In this document: positions 1 to 8,139 of the stretch, one piece after another
Layout: each line of letters opens with the position of its first letter
How positions within the stretch are numbered: position 1 is the stretch's first letter
Assembly (NCBI GenBank): GCA_964501265.1
Contig: CAZCSK010000003.1
Location: 67,480 to 131,479, forward strand
DNA: 64,000 nt
Reading direction: 5' to 3'
Source of the DNA: an uncultured Actinomycetes bacterium
GTDB taxonomy: Bacteria > Actinomycetota > CADDZG01 > JAHWKV01
Made by a program: the position numbers and the translations under genes
Notes under the pieces: generated by a model
Told to the model about the DNA's origin: nothing
The model's database searches: none
What the model saw: the letters and a program-made list of their open reading frames with translations, nothing else

Positions 1-64
1 GAGATCTTCCCTGGGCCTGGCGGTCCAGCACCGGAGGCATTCGCCTGGTAGGTGCTGGGAAGCC

Positions 65-1039
65 CTAACGGGTCCTGGTCACCTTGGATAAGCCGCGGTC
101 GGCGTCGGGATTCTCACCCAATTGCAGGGCCCACTCAAGGACGACTCTCTGGCCGACGACAAGACGAAGGATCGCGTCCATCGACGGATCTCCTAGAGGG
201 CGCGTAACGACGTCGAAGTCATCGTCGGGTCCAACAGTGACGACCCCGCGTCCTGCGAGCAGGAATTCGAGGTTGGGGTCATCTGGGTCAATAAATGCCA
301 GAGAAGATGCGGTCGCGGCCGTCGGTCCGTGTAGGAATTCAACGACAGGCTCGGCGGAAACTAAGCGGCCGGCCATCTCGGCGAATTTGAGTGCAATCTC
401 ATCGGCGATCCACTCGGCCGCAAACCCTGAGCAGATCACCGATTCCGGTGGCCCTTGATTCAAGGCGCCCGAAACATCCATTTTCGTGATTGTCCATTCG
501 ACTTCGCTGCAAAGGTTCGCAACAAGGTCCGCATCGAGAGGCTGGGCGATCGCACGGAGAAGAAGTGCCGCCGCGGTTAAAGACTTAGTCGCAGCGACCA
601 CGCGCTCCGATCCTGCATCGCACGTAAGCTCGATCGTCGCAAGAGCTCCAAGACGAGAACCCGGCTGGTTTGTAATCGATATGACGGGAAGCCCTCGCTC
701 CCGCGCTTTCGAGACTGCCTGCACCAGAGCGGGAGTCTCGCCCGACTGCGACAGGGCGATTACGACTTGACCGGCGACGAGAGCCGGCATAGGCACGGCA
801 GCTCCGGGGGCAGGCAGTACCGTAGCCGGGACGCCTGCAAGGATCTCAAGGGCGGCTCCTCCGTATCCGGCAACATGCCTGCTCGAGCCGACTGCGAGCA
901 GCCTGACAAGGTCAGCCTCGGCAACTAAAGCGTGGGCCTGCTCCAACAGGTCCGCGTTCTGATCGATTACCCGCGCTAAGACCGAAGGCTGTTCGGCGAT
1001 GTCGGCGGCGACCCGTAAATCGGACCGCCGAAGCGTCAT
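65..1039 (-). CDS. SIS-domain sugar-phosphate isomerase family protein (AgaS/GlmS-C-terminal-like; possible NagB-II-type deaminase)
   Basis: 324-aa ORF. SIS signature: VGSSRH...ISQSGET...ISITN...AATKS. Start overlaps upstream gene stop (ATGA coupling at 1036-1039). Confidence 0.6.
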   Translation of the reverse strand: MTLRRSDLRVAADIAEQPSVLARVIDQNADLLEQAHALVAEADLVRLLAVGSSRHVAGYGGAALEILAGVPATVLPAPGAAVPMPALVAGQVVIALSQSGETPALVQAVSKARERGLPVISITNQPGSRLGALATIELTCDAGSERVVAATKSLTAAALLLRAIAQPLDADLVANLCSEVEWTITKMDVSGALNQGPPESVICSGFAAEWIADEIALKFAEMAGRLVSAEPVVEFLHGPTAATASSLAFIDPDDPNLEFLLAGRGVVTVGPDDDFDVVTRPLGDPSMDAILRLVVGQRVVLEWALQLGENPDADRGLSKVTRTR

Positions 1040-3732
1040 AGAGTGCGCGCTTTTCTCCTGTGGAGGACAAGGAGCCCTAAGAGAAGCAACAGCCCAACAC
1101 TTCCACTCGCGGCGAACGTCCCAGCGAACTGTGATTCCGAATCGACCGACTCGGCCTGATCACCGGTAGAGGCGGCGATCGCGCTTGCTCCCGGCGGATC
1201 CTTAGTCTCAACGGGCAGGGCCAGATAGATCGCGGAAGTCAGCGCCGTAACGAGGACGTGGTTGCGGCAATAAGTTGTTTGGAGGCCCACTATCGAGTCG
1301 CACGTCCCTGCCCGTTGGGCGGCTGCGTCCGGCTGAAGCAGCGTAGCCCTCACCCAGCCTGGATTTGCCGGCGCTGCGAAGCGAACCTCGCCGGCAGGCA
1401 GGAGCACAGTATTGTCTTCGCTCAGAAGGGTGGCCCCATTGGCTCGTACCTGAACCATGCTGGGCCCCGGCAGTCCCGTTGCCCGAACCCGCATTGGGGT
1501 ATTTGGCGGTACCGTATCGCCAATCATCGACTCATAGAGTCCGTCGCGGTTGATGTCGGCTTCGAGGAGGAGTTGCACTGCTCCCTCTGCGGGCGGGGTG
1601 ACCGATATGGATGTCCGTCCCTCTTTGAGAGCTTGAAGGATTCCACCGACGCTCCGCTCTCGCGCAAAGACCCACGTCGTGGGGTTACCGGGGCCCTGGA
1701 TCAGCGCAGTCGAAAGCCAGTGCGAGTCGCTTCCTCCGGTCGCTGCCACCCGATTACCGCGTTGCAACCAGCACTCCCAGTAACGGGTCGCGTCCTCGTT
1801 CGAAGTACCCCCAGGCAGCGGGGGCTGAAGTTGGTGCGATATGTTCCAAACTTCGACGGTGTCGACACGAACATCAAACCCGTACCTCCAGTGCAGGCCC
1901 GACGTGTCGGAACAGTTGGCGTCGAGCGGCGTTGCGAGACCATCGGCGGGGTGGTTGGCCTGGAAAACGCCGCCGTCGGCGCGCAGGGTGTCGGCCATGC
2001 GGTTGATGGCGGCGGCCTGCATGTCCCCGGCGTTGTAGGCTCCGGCTACCGCCGTTCCGGAAACGAAAGACTCCCACTTGAAGCCCAGCATCTGGGCATG
2101 GCCACCGATCGAGTTCTCATAGCCCGGCACTCCGATCACTCCGTGAGTGCCGAATCCCGGATCGTTAACCGAGTGGGCGCCACTTTCCTCGGGATGGTCG
2201 TCGCTGTGGTGATCTGTAATGGCGAGGAAGTCCAAACCGCGAGCAGATGCCTCGAGGAATCTCTCATCCACTGTTCCTGAAAGCGTCCAGAAGTCCTCCG
2301 GAGCGGTGTTGAAATCGTCCGGCGGACAGTAGGCGTCGTGGGAGTAGCAGGTGTGGATATGAAGGTCGCCTGCCAGCCATTCGCCCGCCGGCGCGCTGGG
2401 GGCAGCGATAGAAACCCAGACCGGACTGGAGTAAGCGACGTAACGACCCGCCGCGTTCTGCACACGAATGAAGTAGTAGGGATCGGAGTAGCGGGCTTTG
2501 AGCGCAACGTCGATCGATCCAGTCCCGGACGCGACGATGCGGTTGCGCCCGGTTACGGGGTCGATGCCGCTTGTCACGACCTCGATTTGCAGGCCCGAGC
2601 GGTCGATGGTCGGGTCGGCGCTCGTAACCGATGCCCGCAGTTTCAATTTGCTGCCGTTCGGGCGTGCCAAACGCGACCCCATCAGGTTGCCGTCCACGGT
2701 AAAGTCAAGCCGGAGGTCGTTGTGGTCTCCGTCGGCCGTATTGTTAAAGTCAAAGTCTCCGGCTACGGCATAAAAGCGCCGAGCAAGCATCGCCTTACGG
2801 AGCGACGCCTCGGACCGGTCAGGGGCGAGAATAATCGTTTTCGCCCAGCGCGGCGCTCCCCAGTCGCCGTCCTCTTCCGGTTGGCCATGCAGGTCTTCTG
2901 CCCCGATCGCGCCTACATGCCAGCCTTTGTCGAGAGCGCGCACATAGTAGCCCTCAGGTGGTCCCTTGGCGCCGTATTCATTCTGACGGTTGTACATCTC
3001 GATCCCAACCATGCGGTCGTCGGCTTCGGGCACGAATCGAAAGTCTTCCCAGTCCTTCGAGGGGTCAGTTTGGGACTGCCCGGCTGCTCTTATTGCGTCC
3101 TCGACTATCTCCTTATCGCCGGGATGGTTGAAAGTGGCCAAACCATCGCTTCCGCCACCTAATTCCGGGCTATCGGTGAACCACTTCCAGAAGGTCTCCA
3201 TGGTGGCCGCGTAGCCGCCATCTGTCTTGGCGTTGGCGTCGTTCTTCGAGTAGTAGACGTTGATATGGCCGTAACGGTCAGAAGTCCATTCGAACCCGCG
3301 GATGCCGGTAAAGTCGGCGGTCGTTGCTGCTCTTGCTTGCTCAAGAGTAGCTTCCCATTTTCGTAGCGAGTCAGCAGGGTTGTGGGCACCACCCTCGGGC
3401 CCCGGACATTGCACGACCCTCACGGGGTCGAGGCATCCATCACTAACGGTGAATGGGATATCCGTGTTGTCCGAATGCTCACTTCCTGCGAGGAAGTCGA
3501 GGCCGAAGCTCTTGCCGGAGGCGTAGTAGTCGGCCGGACGCGTGCCGGGCCACCCGTCGGAGTAGGCGCTGTGCTCGTGCATCGCTCCGATCAGTTGTTG
3601 AACTTTGACCTTAGGCGTCGACGGTTTGCCGGCCCCCGCCGATTGAGGAAGGATGGTCAGCAACGCCAACGGGATCGCAAGGAGGGCAGTTCCCCTTTTG
3701 AAAAGTCTGGTCGGTTTGCTCGATCTATTCAT
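1036..3732 (-). CDS. Secreted metal-dependent phosphoesterase with two PHP-like domains and C-terminal TM anchor
   Basis: PHP motifs GDLHIHTCYSHD and LDFLAITDHH, plus an N-terminal second H-x-H region (MHEHSAYSDG). Signal peptide after MNRSSKPTRLFKRGTALLAIPLALL; the ORF-track start at 3765 was trimmed to the ATG at 3732, which has an AGGAAA RBS. C-terminus is hydrophobic helix + HRRKAR. Confidence 0.6.
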   Translation of the reverse strand: MNRSSKPTRLFKRGTALLAIPLALLTILPQSAGAGKPSTPKVKVQQLIGAMHEHSAYSDGWPGTRPADYYASGKSFGLDFLAGSEHSDNTDIPFTVSDGCLDPVRVVQCPGPEGGAHNPADSLRKWEATLEQARAATTADFTGIRGFEWTSDRYGHINVYYSKNDANAKTDGGYAATMETFWKWFTDSPELGGGSDGLATFNHPGDKEIVEDAIRAAGQSQTDPSKDWEDFRFVPEADDRMVGIEMYNRQNEYGAKGPPEGYYVRALDKGWHVGAIGAEDLHGQPEEDGDWGAPRWAKTIILAPDRSEASLRKAMLARRFYAVAGDFDFNNTADGDHNDLRLDFTVDGNLMGSRLARPNGSKLKLRASVTSADPTIDRSGLQIEVVTSGIDPVTGRNRIVASGTGSIDVALKARYSDPYYFIRVQNAAGRYVAYSSPVWVSIAAPSAPAGEWLAGDLHIHTCYSHDAYCPPDDFNTAPEDFWTLSGTVDERFLEASARGLDFLAITDHHSDDHPEESGAHSVNDPGFGTHGVIGVPGYENSIGGHAQMLGFKWESFVSGTAVAGAYNAGDMQAAAINRMADTLRADGGVFQANHPADGLATPLDANCSDTSGLHWRYGFDVRVDTVEVWNISHQLQPPLPGGTSNEDATRYWECWLQRGNRVAATGGSDSHWLSTALIQGPGNPTTWVFARERSVGGILQALKEGRTSISVTPPAEGAVQLLLEADINRDGLYESMIGDTVPPNTPMRVRATGLPGPSMVQVRANGATLLSEDNTVLLPAGEVRFAAPANPGWVRATLLQPDAAAQRAGTCDSIVGLQTTYCRNHVLVTALTSAIYLALPVETKDPPGASAIAASTGDQAESVDSESQFAGTFAASGSVGLLLLLGLLVLHRRKARTL

Positions 3733-3773
3733 CCAAGTTTTCCTTTCTTTCAATGCTGCGTGCACCGATCATC
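3721..3773 (-). promoter_or_regulatory. Conserved ~53-nt leader/RBS/start region shared with the adjacent GDPD gene (partner at 5006-5058)
   Basis: Plus-strand 3721-3773 and 5006-5058 align at about 45 of 53 positions; downstream coding sequences are otherwise unrelated. Contains RBS AGGAAR and the first 5 codons (M-N/S-R-S-S/N-K). Confidence 0.3.
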
Positions 3774-3831
3774 TGGTACGCACTCCGGCGCATTCGGGGA
3801 ACGGAGCGTAGATGAGCGGAGCCACGGTGCG

Positions 3832-5016
3832 TCAGCGCCCGGCGTCGACAGCTGTCGACGCCAACGCCGAACCGTCGCCAGCGAATCGGATGCGACCGGA
3901 CCGTCCTGGGGGTAGCGGCGCGCAGCCATCCCGGGCCGTGACCACCGTGGAACCGTCGCCCAGCCGCAGCGCCTTCCCCGGCAGGCCCATCCTGTGTTCG
4001 GCGTCGAGCAAACACGCCAATGCCTCGCCTGCGGGTCGCAGCGACAATGTCGTCGCGACCGGCTCACCGAGCACTGCAGCGGCGACATCGGGGTTATTGA
4101 CCTGGGCGCCGTCCGCCCCGATGGATCGGGCGTAGGCGAGGTCACCGGCTTCGGAGCCGGTTACTTCGCCTTGGTAGACATTGGGCAGCACGAGTCCACA
4201 GCCGTCGTGGATCTCGGCGATGTCGCCCGCGTCGAACGCCGGCAGGCTCGATCCAAAGGACCAATACTCCTGGGTCAGCGCGTACAACGAGCCCGGCGGC
4301 GCTCCGTCGGGCAGGTTGCCGAACTGGTTGGAGAAGTTCAGCCGCGCCGTCGGTTGGGCCGCGAGAATCACCTCACCTCGCGGTGGGAAGTAGGGGATGA
4401 ACACGGAGCGGTCGAGCACGCCGTAGGCGGCGGCCAGGTTGGCCAGGCCAGCCAGGTTGCGGACCGACTCCTTTATGTCGAACATCACCCCAGTCCCCGT
4501 GTCCTGGGCAAGGGCGAGGATCTCCTCGAGCGAGGGGATCTGGGCGGGGTCGTACTCGGAGCCGCGCCAGCGGTCGTTGTCGGCCGCGTTCAGCGCCCGC
4601 ACTTGGTCGTAGGTAAGGAGAAAGATCTTGCCGGTGCCGTTGGTCTTGGAATCGACATCGAGGTCGTGGAACGAGACGAACCGGCCGTCGAGGGTCTCCT
4701 GCACGTCGACCTCGATCATCTCGACGTCGTAGGCAATGGCGTAGCGGTAGGCGTCGAGCGTGTTCTCGGGGGCCAGGTTGGCGGCGCCCCGGTGCACGGC
4801 GATGATCGGGCTGTCGGCGCCGCGGTCGGGCACCGAGGGATTTTCCCACCGGGTGGGGTCGGGCAGTTGGTCGCATCCCGCAGGAAGAGCCGTGACTGAG
4901 GCGGGAAACACGGCGGCAGCCAGGAGGAGCGCGGCGGCAATAGCGACGGGCCGGTGGATACCCATTAATGCCATCCTTCGGTTAAATGGATAACCCCACT
5001 TGTTCGATCTACTCAT
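3832..5016 (-). CDS. Secreted glycerophosphodiester phosphodiesterase (GDPD) family protein
   Basis: GDPD catalytic motifs IIAVHRGA...APENTL...EVDV...HDLDVD. Signal peptide. ORF-track start at 5049 trimmed to the ATG at 5016 with RBS GAGAGGAAG. Confidence 0.7.
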   Translation of the reverse strand: MSRSNKWGYPFNRRMALMGIHRPVAIAAALLLAAAVFPASVTALPAGCDQLPDPTRWENPSVPDRGADSPIIAVHRGAANLAPENTLDAYRYAIAYDVEMIEVDVQETLDGRFVSFHDLDVDSKTNGTGKIFLLTYDQVRALNAADNDRWRGSEYDPAQIPSLEEILALAQDTGTGVMFDIKESVRNLAGLANLAAAYGVLDRSVFIPYFPPRGEVILAAQPTARLNFSNQFGNLPDGAPPGSLYALTQEYWSFGSSLPAFDAGDIAEIHDGCGLVLPNVYQGEVTGSEAGDLAYARSIGADGAQVNNPDVAAAVLGEPVATTLSLRPAGEALACLLDAEHRMGLPGKALRLGDGSTVVTARDGCAPLPPGRSGRIRFAGDGSALASTAVDAGR

Positions 5017-5058
5017 CGAAGTCTTCCTCTCTTTCAATCCTGCCTGCACTGATCAGCG
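5006..5058 (-). promoter_or_regulatory. Conserved leader element, paralogous copy of 3721-3773
   Basis: See 3721-3773. Roughly 85% identity over 53 nt spanning the 5' UTR, RBS and first codons. Confidence 0.3.
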
Positions 5059-5104
5059 AGTGAAGGTCGATAGGTAGGGCGGATTCTCGTAAACGCTTTC
5101 AGTG

Positions 5105-6991
5105 CTAGACGTGTGCCGGTCCCGCCCATTCCGGGAACGAGCCTGAACCGGGTTCTTCCACTTCTGTGTAGTACCGGATCATCCAGTAGGGAAGGAGATA
5201 ATCGACTCCGGGGTATCGGTGAGAGGCGCCCACGTACCCGTTGAGTTGGGTGGAGGGACGTTGCCAGAGAAAGTCGCTCGGGGGCCTTAGGGCCACAGGC
5301 AGCGGATAGCGGCTCCGAACTTTTGGCTTAGGCTGGCCCGGGAATTGGCTCTGGATGTCGCTGAGCCCCGGAATGATCGCGTTCCTTGGACCGGCCGGAG
5401 TCGACTGGCTGACCTCCATTTGATCTTGCGGCACGCATTCGAGCGGCTGCGGGCACCCAATCCGATCACTGCAGTTTCCGTTAGCATCCCGAAGACCGTT
5501 ACACGTTTCCCCGCCCTGATCGATTCGCGCACGGTATTGGCGCCATTCGCGCAGATGCTGAGCTGCGGCGTCAAGTCGGCCTTCCTCACCGGTCAGGGCC
5601 CAGGTGATGGTCTCGAAATGGGCGTTGATGTCGTCACCGGTCGTGCGGTCCATCACGCCGAGTGCTTGCTTGAAAAGCGTTCTCACCGCCGGGTCGTTCT
5701 CGAGGCGTGTGATGTTGAAGGCGTTCAGGTGATGCAGATTGTACTTGTAGTAGCCGGAGTGGCCGGCGTCGGCCGCGTCGACTTCCATCGAGAAGGCCAG
5801 GATGGGCCCCTGCGAAGCGAGTTCCTCGGCCCAGACGGCGTCCCACTTCTGGCGGTCGGCCTCGGTCCCGCCGTCTTTCAGGACATGACGGACCGCCTGC
5901 ACCATGTTCAGGCGAGCCATCGGGACGTAGACCATCAGCGGGGAGATCGCGCCGTCGAAGTCGTGGTCTGCGCTGACGTACCCGTGCGGCCGGGGGTAGT
6001 TCCAGCCGTACTTCACCAGGAAGTTGCCCATCGACAGCAGGTCGTCGCGAATTTGTTTGCGCAGTGCCGGCTCGTCCGGGCCGACGAGGTCGAAGGCGGT
6101 GAGCAGGCCGAAGGTCAGGCCGGCGTACGTGTCGCGGCTGGGCGCGGTCTCGCAGTTGTAGGCGACATCGTCGACGGTCGAGGTGATGGTGAAGACCCGG
6201 TAATAGTTGTCATTCACAGGTTGCTCGTCGGGGCCGGGTGTGTCCTCGATGCCCATCGCGCCAAGGCCGACCGGGGTGCAGGAACGCATGATCATGCCGC
6301 GCTCGCCCTTGATTATCCCGCCGCCAAAGTTAGCGGCGTGTCTCTGATTGATCGGATCGACGGTGTTAACGTCCGGCGGGATCTTCAGGCTGCCAGTCCA
6401 GTCTTCGGCGATGTTGATGTCGCGGTGCTCGGCGGCAAGGATCGTCTTCAGCCGACTCAGAGCCTGGTCGCGCTGGCCCTTCCAGAACTTGAGCTCTTGT
6501 CCCGGGGCGCTGTCGGAGTTGTCCTTGCCGGAAGACCGGATCTTGTCTCTCAGGTTCGCCAAGTTGGTCTTCGCCACGGCGTAGCGCATCGCCTGGGCGG
6601 CCACATACGTACCGGTCCACAACCCGCTGTCGCCCCACCCACCGGTGCCCACGACATCACCGGGTACCTTCTGAGTCGATCCAAAGTTGATCTCGACGAC
6701 GTGTCCCTGTTGCAGGGAGTCGGCCATCTTCGTCTCAAGGTCTACCGCGGCGGCGAGAGCCTCGTCGCATTCGATCAATGTGCAATTGTCGTTGGGTGTC
6801 GTGGTCGTCCCGGCCAGCGCTAGCCCGTTTGCTGTCGCCGCCCTCGGCTGCTCCATACCGCGAACATCTCCGGAATCTGGGCGGGCATTCGTACGCGAAT
6901 CGATGACTACCGCCTGAGCCGCGACGCCTACTGCAAGTGCAAAGGTGATGAGGGCGACGAGTGCGCGTCGCTTGCCCGAAATATCTCGCAT
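5105..6991 (-). CDS. Secreted hypothetical protein (628 aa), function not recognised
   Basis: Long ORF with clear N-terminal signal peptide (MRDISGKRRALVALITFALAVGVAAQA) and RBS GGAGGGGAAG upstream. No motif I can assign. Confidence 0.5.
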   Translation of the reverse strand: MRDISGKRRALVALITFALAVGVAAQAVVIDSRTNARPDSGDVRGMEQPRAATANGLALAGTTTTPNDNCTLIECDEALAAAVDLETKMADSLQQGHVVEINFGSTQKVPGDVVGTGGWGDSGLWTGTYVAAQAMRYAVAKTNLANLRDKIRSSGKDNSDSAPGQELKFWKGQRDQALSRLKTILAAEHRDINIAEDWTGSLKIPPDVNTVDPINQRHAANFGGGIIKGERGMIMRSCTPVGLGAMGIEDTPGPDEQPVNDNYYRVFTITSTVDDVAYNCETAPSRDTYAGLTFGLLTAFDLVGPDEPALRKQIRDDLLSMGNFLVKYGWNYPRPHGYVSADHDFDGAISPLMVYVPMARLNMVQAVRHVLKDGGTEADRQKWDAVWAEELASQGPILAFSMEVDAADAGHSGYYKYNLHHLNAFNITRLENDPAVRTLFKQALGVMDRTTGDDINAHFETITWALTGEEGRLDAAAQHLREWRQYRARIDQGGETCNGLRDANGNCSDRIGCPQPLECVPQDQMEVSQSTPAGPRNAIIPGLSDIQSQFPGQPKPKVRSRYPLPVALRPPSDFLWQRPSTQLNGYVGASHRYPGVDYLLPYWMIRYYTEVEEPGSGSFPEWAGPAHV

Positions 6992-7066
6992 TTGACTTCC
7001 CCTCCAGGAGCTCTCGGCCTTGAGGCGCCCAGGGATTGGACGGCCAGCCGAAGAATTAATGTAGCT

Positions 7067-7080
7067 TATACATACAAATC
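7067..7080. promoter_or_regulatory. AT-rich motif TATACATACAAATC, also at 24362-24375 with a related copy at 12625-12637; candidate operator or -10 region
   Basis: Exact 14-mer shared by two promoter regions in a GC-rich genome. Flanks also similar (AATG-N5-TATACATACAAATCyC). Confidence 0.25.
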
Positions 7081-7136
7081 CCTAAGCGTCAACACCTAAG
7101 CAGCAAATTGGACCGTTTGTTCCAAAGTTGATCCTC

Positions 7137-7167
7137 GCGGGTCACAATCAATGACCCGCACGGGTCA
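7137..7167. promoter_or_regulatory. Overlapping palindromes GCGGGTCA-N7-TGACCCGC-AC-GGGTCA (three GGGTCA/TGACCC half-sites)
   Basis: Perfect 8-bp inverted repeat with 7-nt spacer, immediately followed by a second 7+2+7 palindrome. Lies 3' of rbsK and within the promoter region of the 5105-6991 gene. No flanking T-tract, so operator more likely than terminator. Confidence 0.3.
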
Positions 7168-7212
7168 CCAAGGCTATCTTCTGGCTCTCAAAACGCCCAC
7201 TTTTAGGGGTCT

Positions 7213-8133
7213 TTAGCCGCCCTGGGCGCTCAAGATTTGCTCCAGCCGGGTTCGGGACGGCAGCGACGGCTGGGCCCCTTTTACCGTAGCCGCCAGGGAC
7301 CCCGCAGCGCATGCCCATCGCAAAGACTCTTCGACAGAGTGGTTTTCGACAAGGGCGGCCGCCAGGGCGCCGTTGAAGGCGTCGCCAGCGGCGACGGTGT
7401 CGACCGCGTCTATCAAGGGGGCAGAGACGAAGGCAGTTTTTTCAGCCGTGGCCAAGAAGCATCCTCGGGCGCCAAGTGTGATCACAACGTTCTGGGCCCC
7501 GCCTGCCAGGAGAAAATCTGCCGCCCTTTTTGTCGATTGCTCGTCGGTAAGCGTGAAGCCACACAAAGTTGCGGCTTCGGTTTCGTTCGGCGTGATCCAG
7601 GTACAAACGGAGAGAAGTGTTTCGGGTAGCCGAAGCGCCGGAGCGGGATCGAGTATCACAGTTACTCCGGCAGAGGCTGCGATCTGCGCCGCTGCCGTTA
7701 CGGTCTCAAGCGGCACTTCGAGCTGAAGCAAGAGCGCCTTCGCGTTCGGTAGCAGTCTCTCGAGCGCGGCCAGCTCTTCCTTGCCCATGCGTCCATTTGC
7801 GCCGGGCACGACGACGATCGAGTTTGCGCCGTCCTCTGCAAGTGAGATGAGCGCCGTGCCGGTCTCTGCCTCCGGGTCGACGGTGACCGCACTCGCGTCG
7901 ACGCCGTCCGCTTCAAGTGAACGAAGTAATGTCTCGCCGAACGGATCTCTGCCCACTCGTCCGATCATCGTCGTCGGTGCTCCAAGGCGCGCCGCGGCGA
8001 TCGCTTGGTTTGCTCCCTTGCCTCCTGGAGCCGTGAAGAAGCTGTCCCCAATAACAGTCTCTCCGGACTGGGGAAGACGGGATGCTGTAACGACCAAATC
8101 CATGTTGATACTACCGAGTACAACGATGCTCAC
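7213..8133 (-). CDS. rbsK: Ribokinase (PfkB family)
   Basis: N-terminal VLGSINMDLV...GGKGANQA and C-terminal DTVAAGDAFNGALAAAL anion-hole motif typical of ribokinase. Confidence 0.8.
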   Translation of the reverse strand: MSIVVLGSINMDLVVTASRLPQSGETVIGDSFFTAPGGKGANQAIAAARLGAPTTMIGRVGRDPFGETLLRSLEADGVDASAVTVDPEAETGTALISLAEDGANSIVVVPGANGRMGKEELAALERLLPNAKALLLQLEVPLETVTAAAQIAASAGVTVILDPAPALRLPETLLSVCTWITPNETEAATLCGFTLTDEQSTKRAADFLLAGGAQNVVITLGARGCFLATAEKTAFVSAPLIDAVDTVAAGDAFNGALAAALVENHSVEESLRWACAAGSLAATVKGAQPSLPSRTRLEQILSAQGG

Positions 8134-8139
8134 GTTCCC

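Noticed and set aside
1150-1180. LPVET(K) near the C-terminus of the PHP protein as a sortase LPxTG signal
   Set aside because: The fifth residue is Lys, not Gly, and the motif lies about 35 aa upstream of the TM helix rather than immediately before it; not called as a sortase substrate.
1258-2280. 340-aa plus-strand ORF (and others such as 2338-3162, 3994-4899, 5345-6823, 8209-8853, 14147-15451, 61388-62620) lying antisense inside well-supported genes
   Set aside because: High-GC genomes generate long spurious antisense ORFs. These have Arg/Gly/Pro-rich low-complexity translations, no motifs and no RBS, and each is fully overlapped by a gene with clear family signatures.
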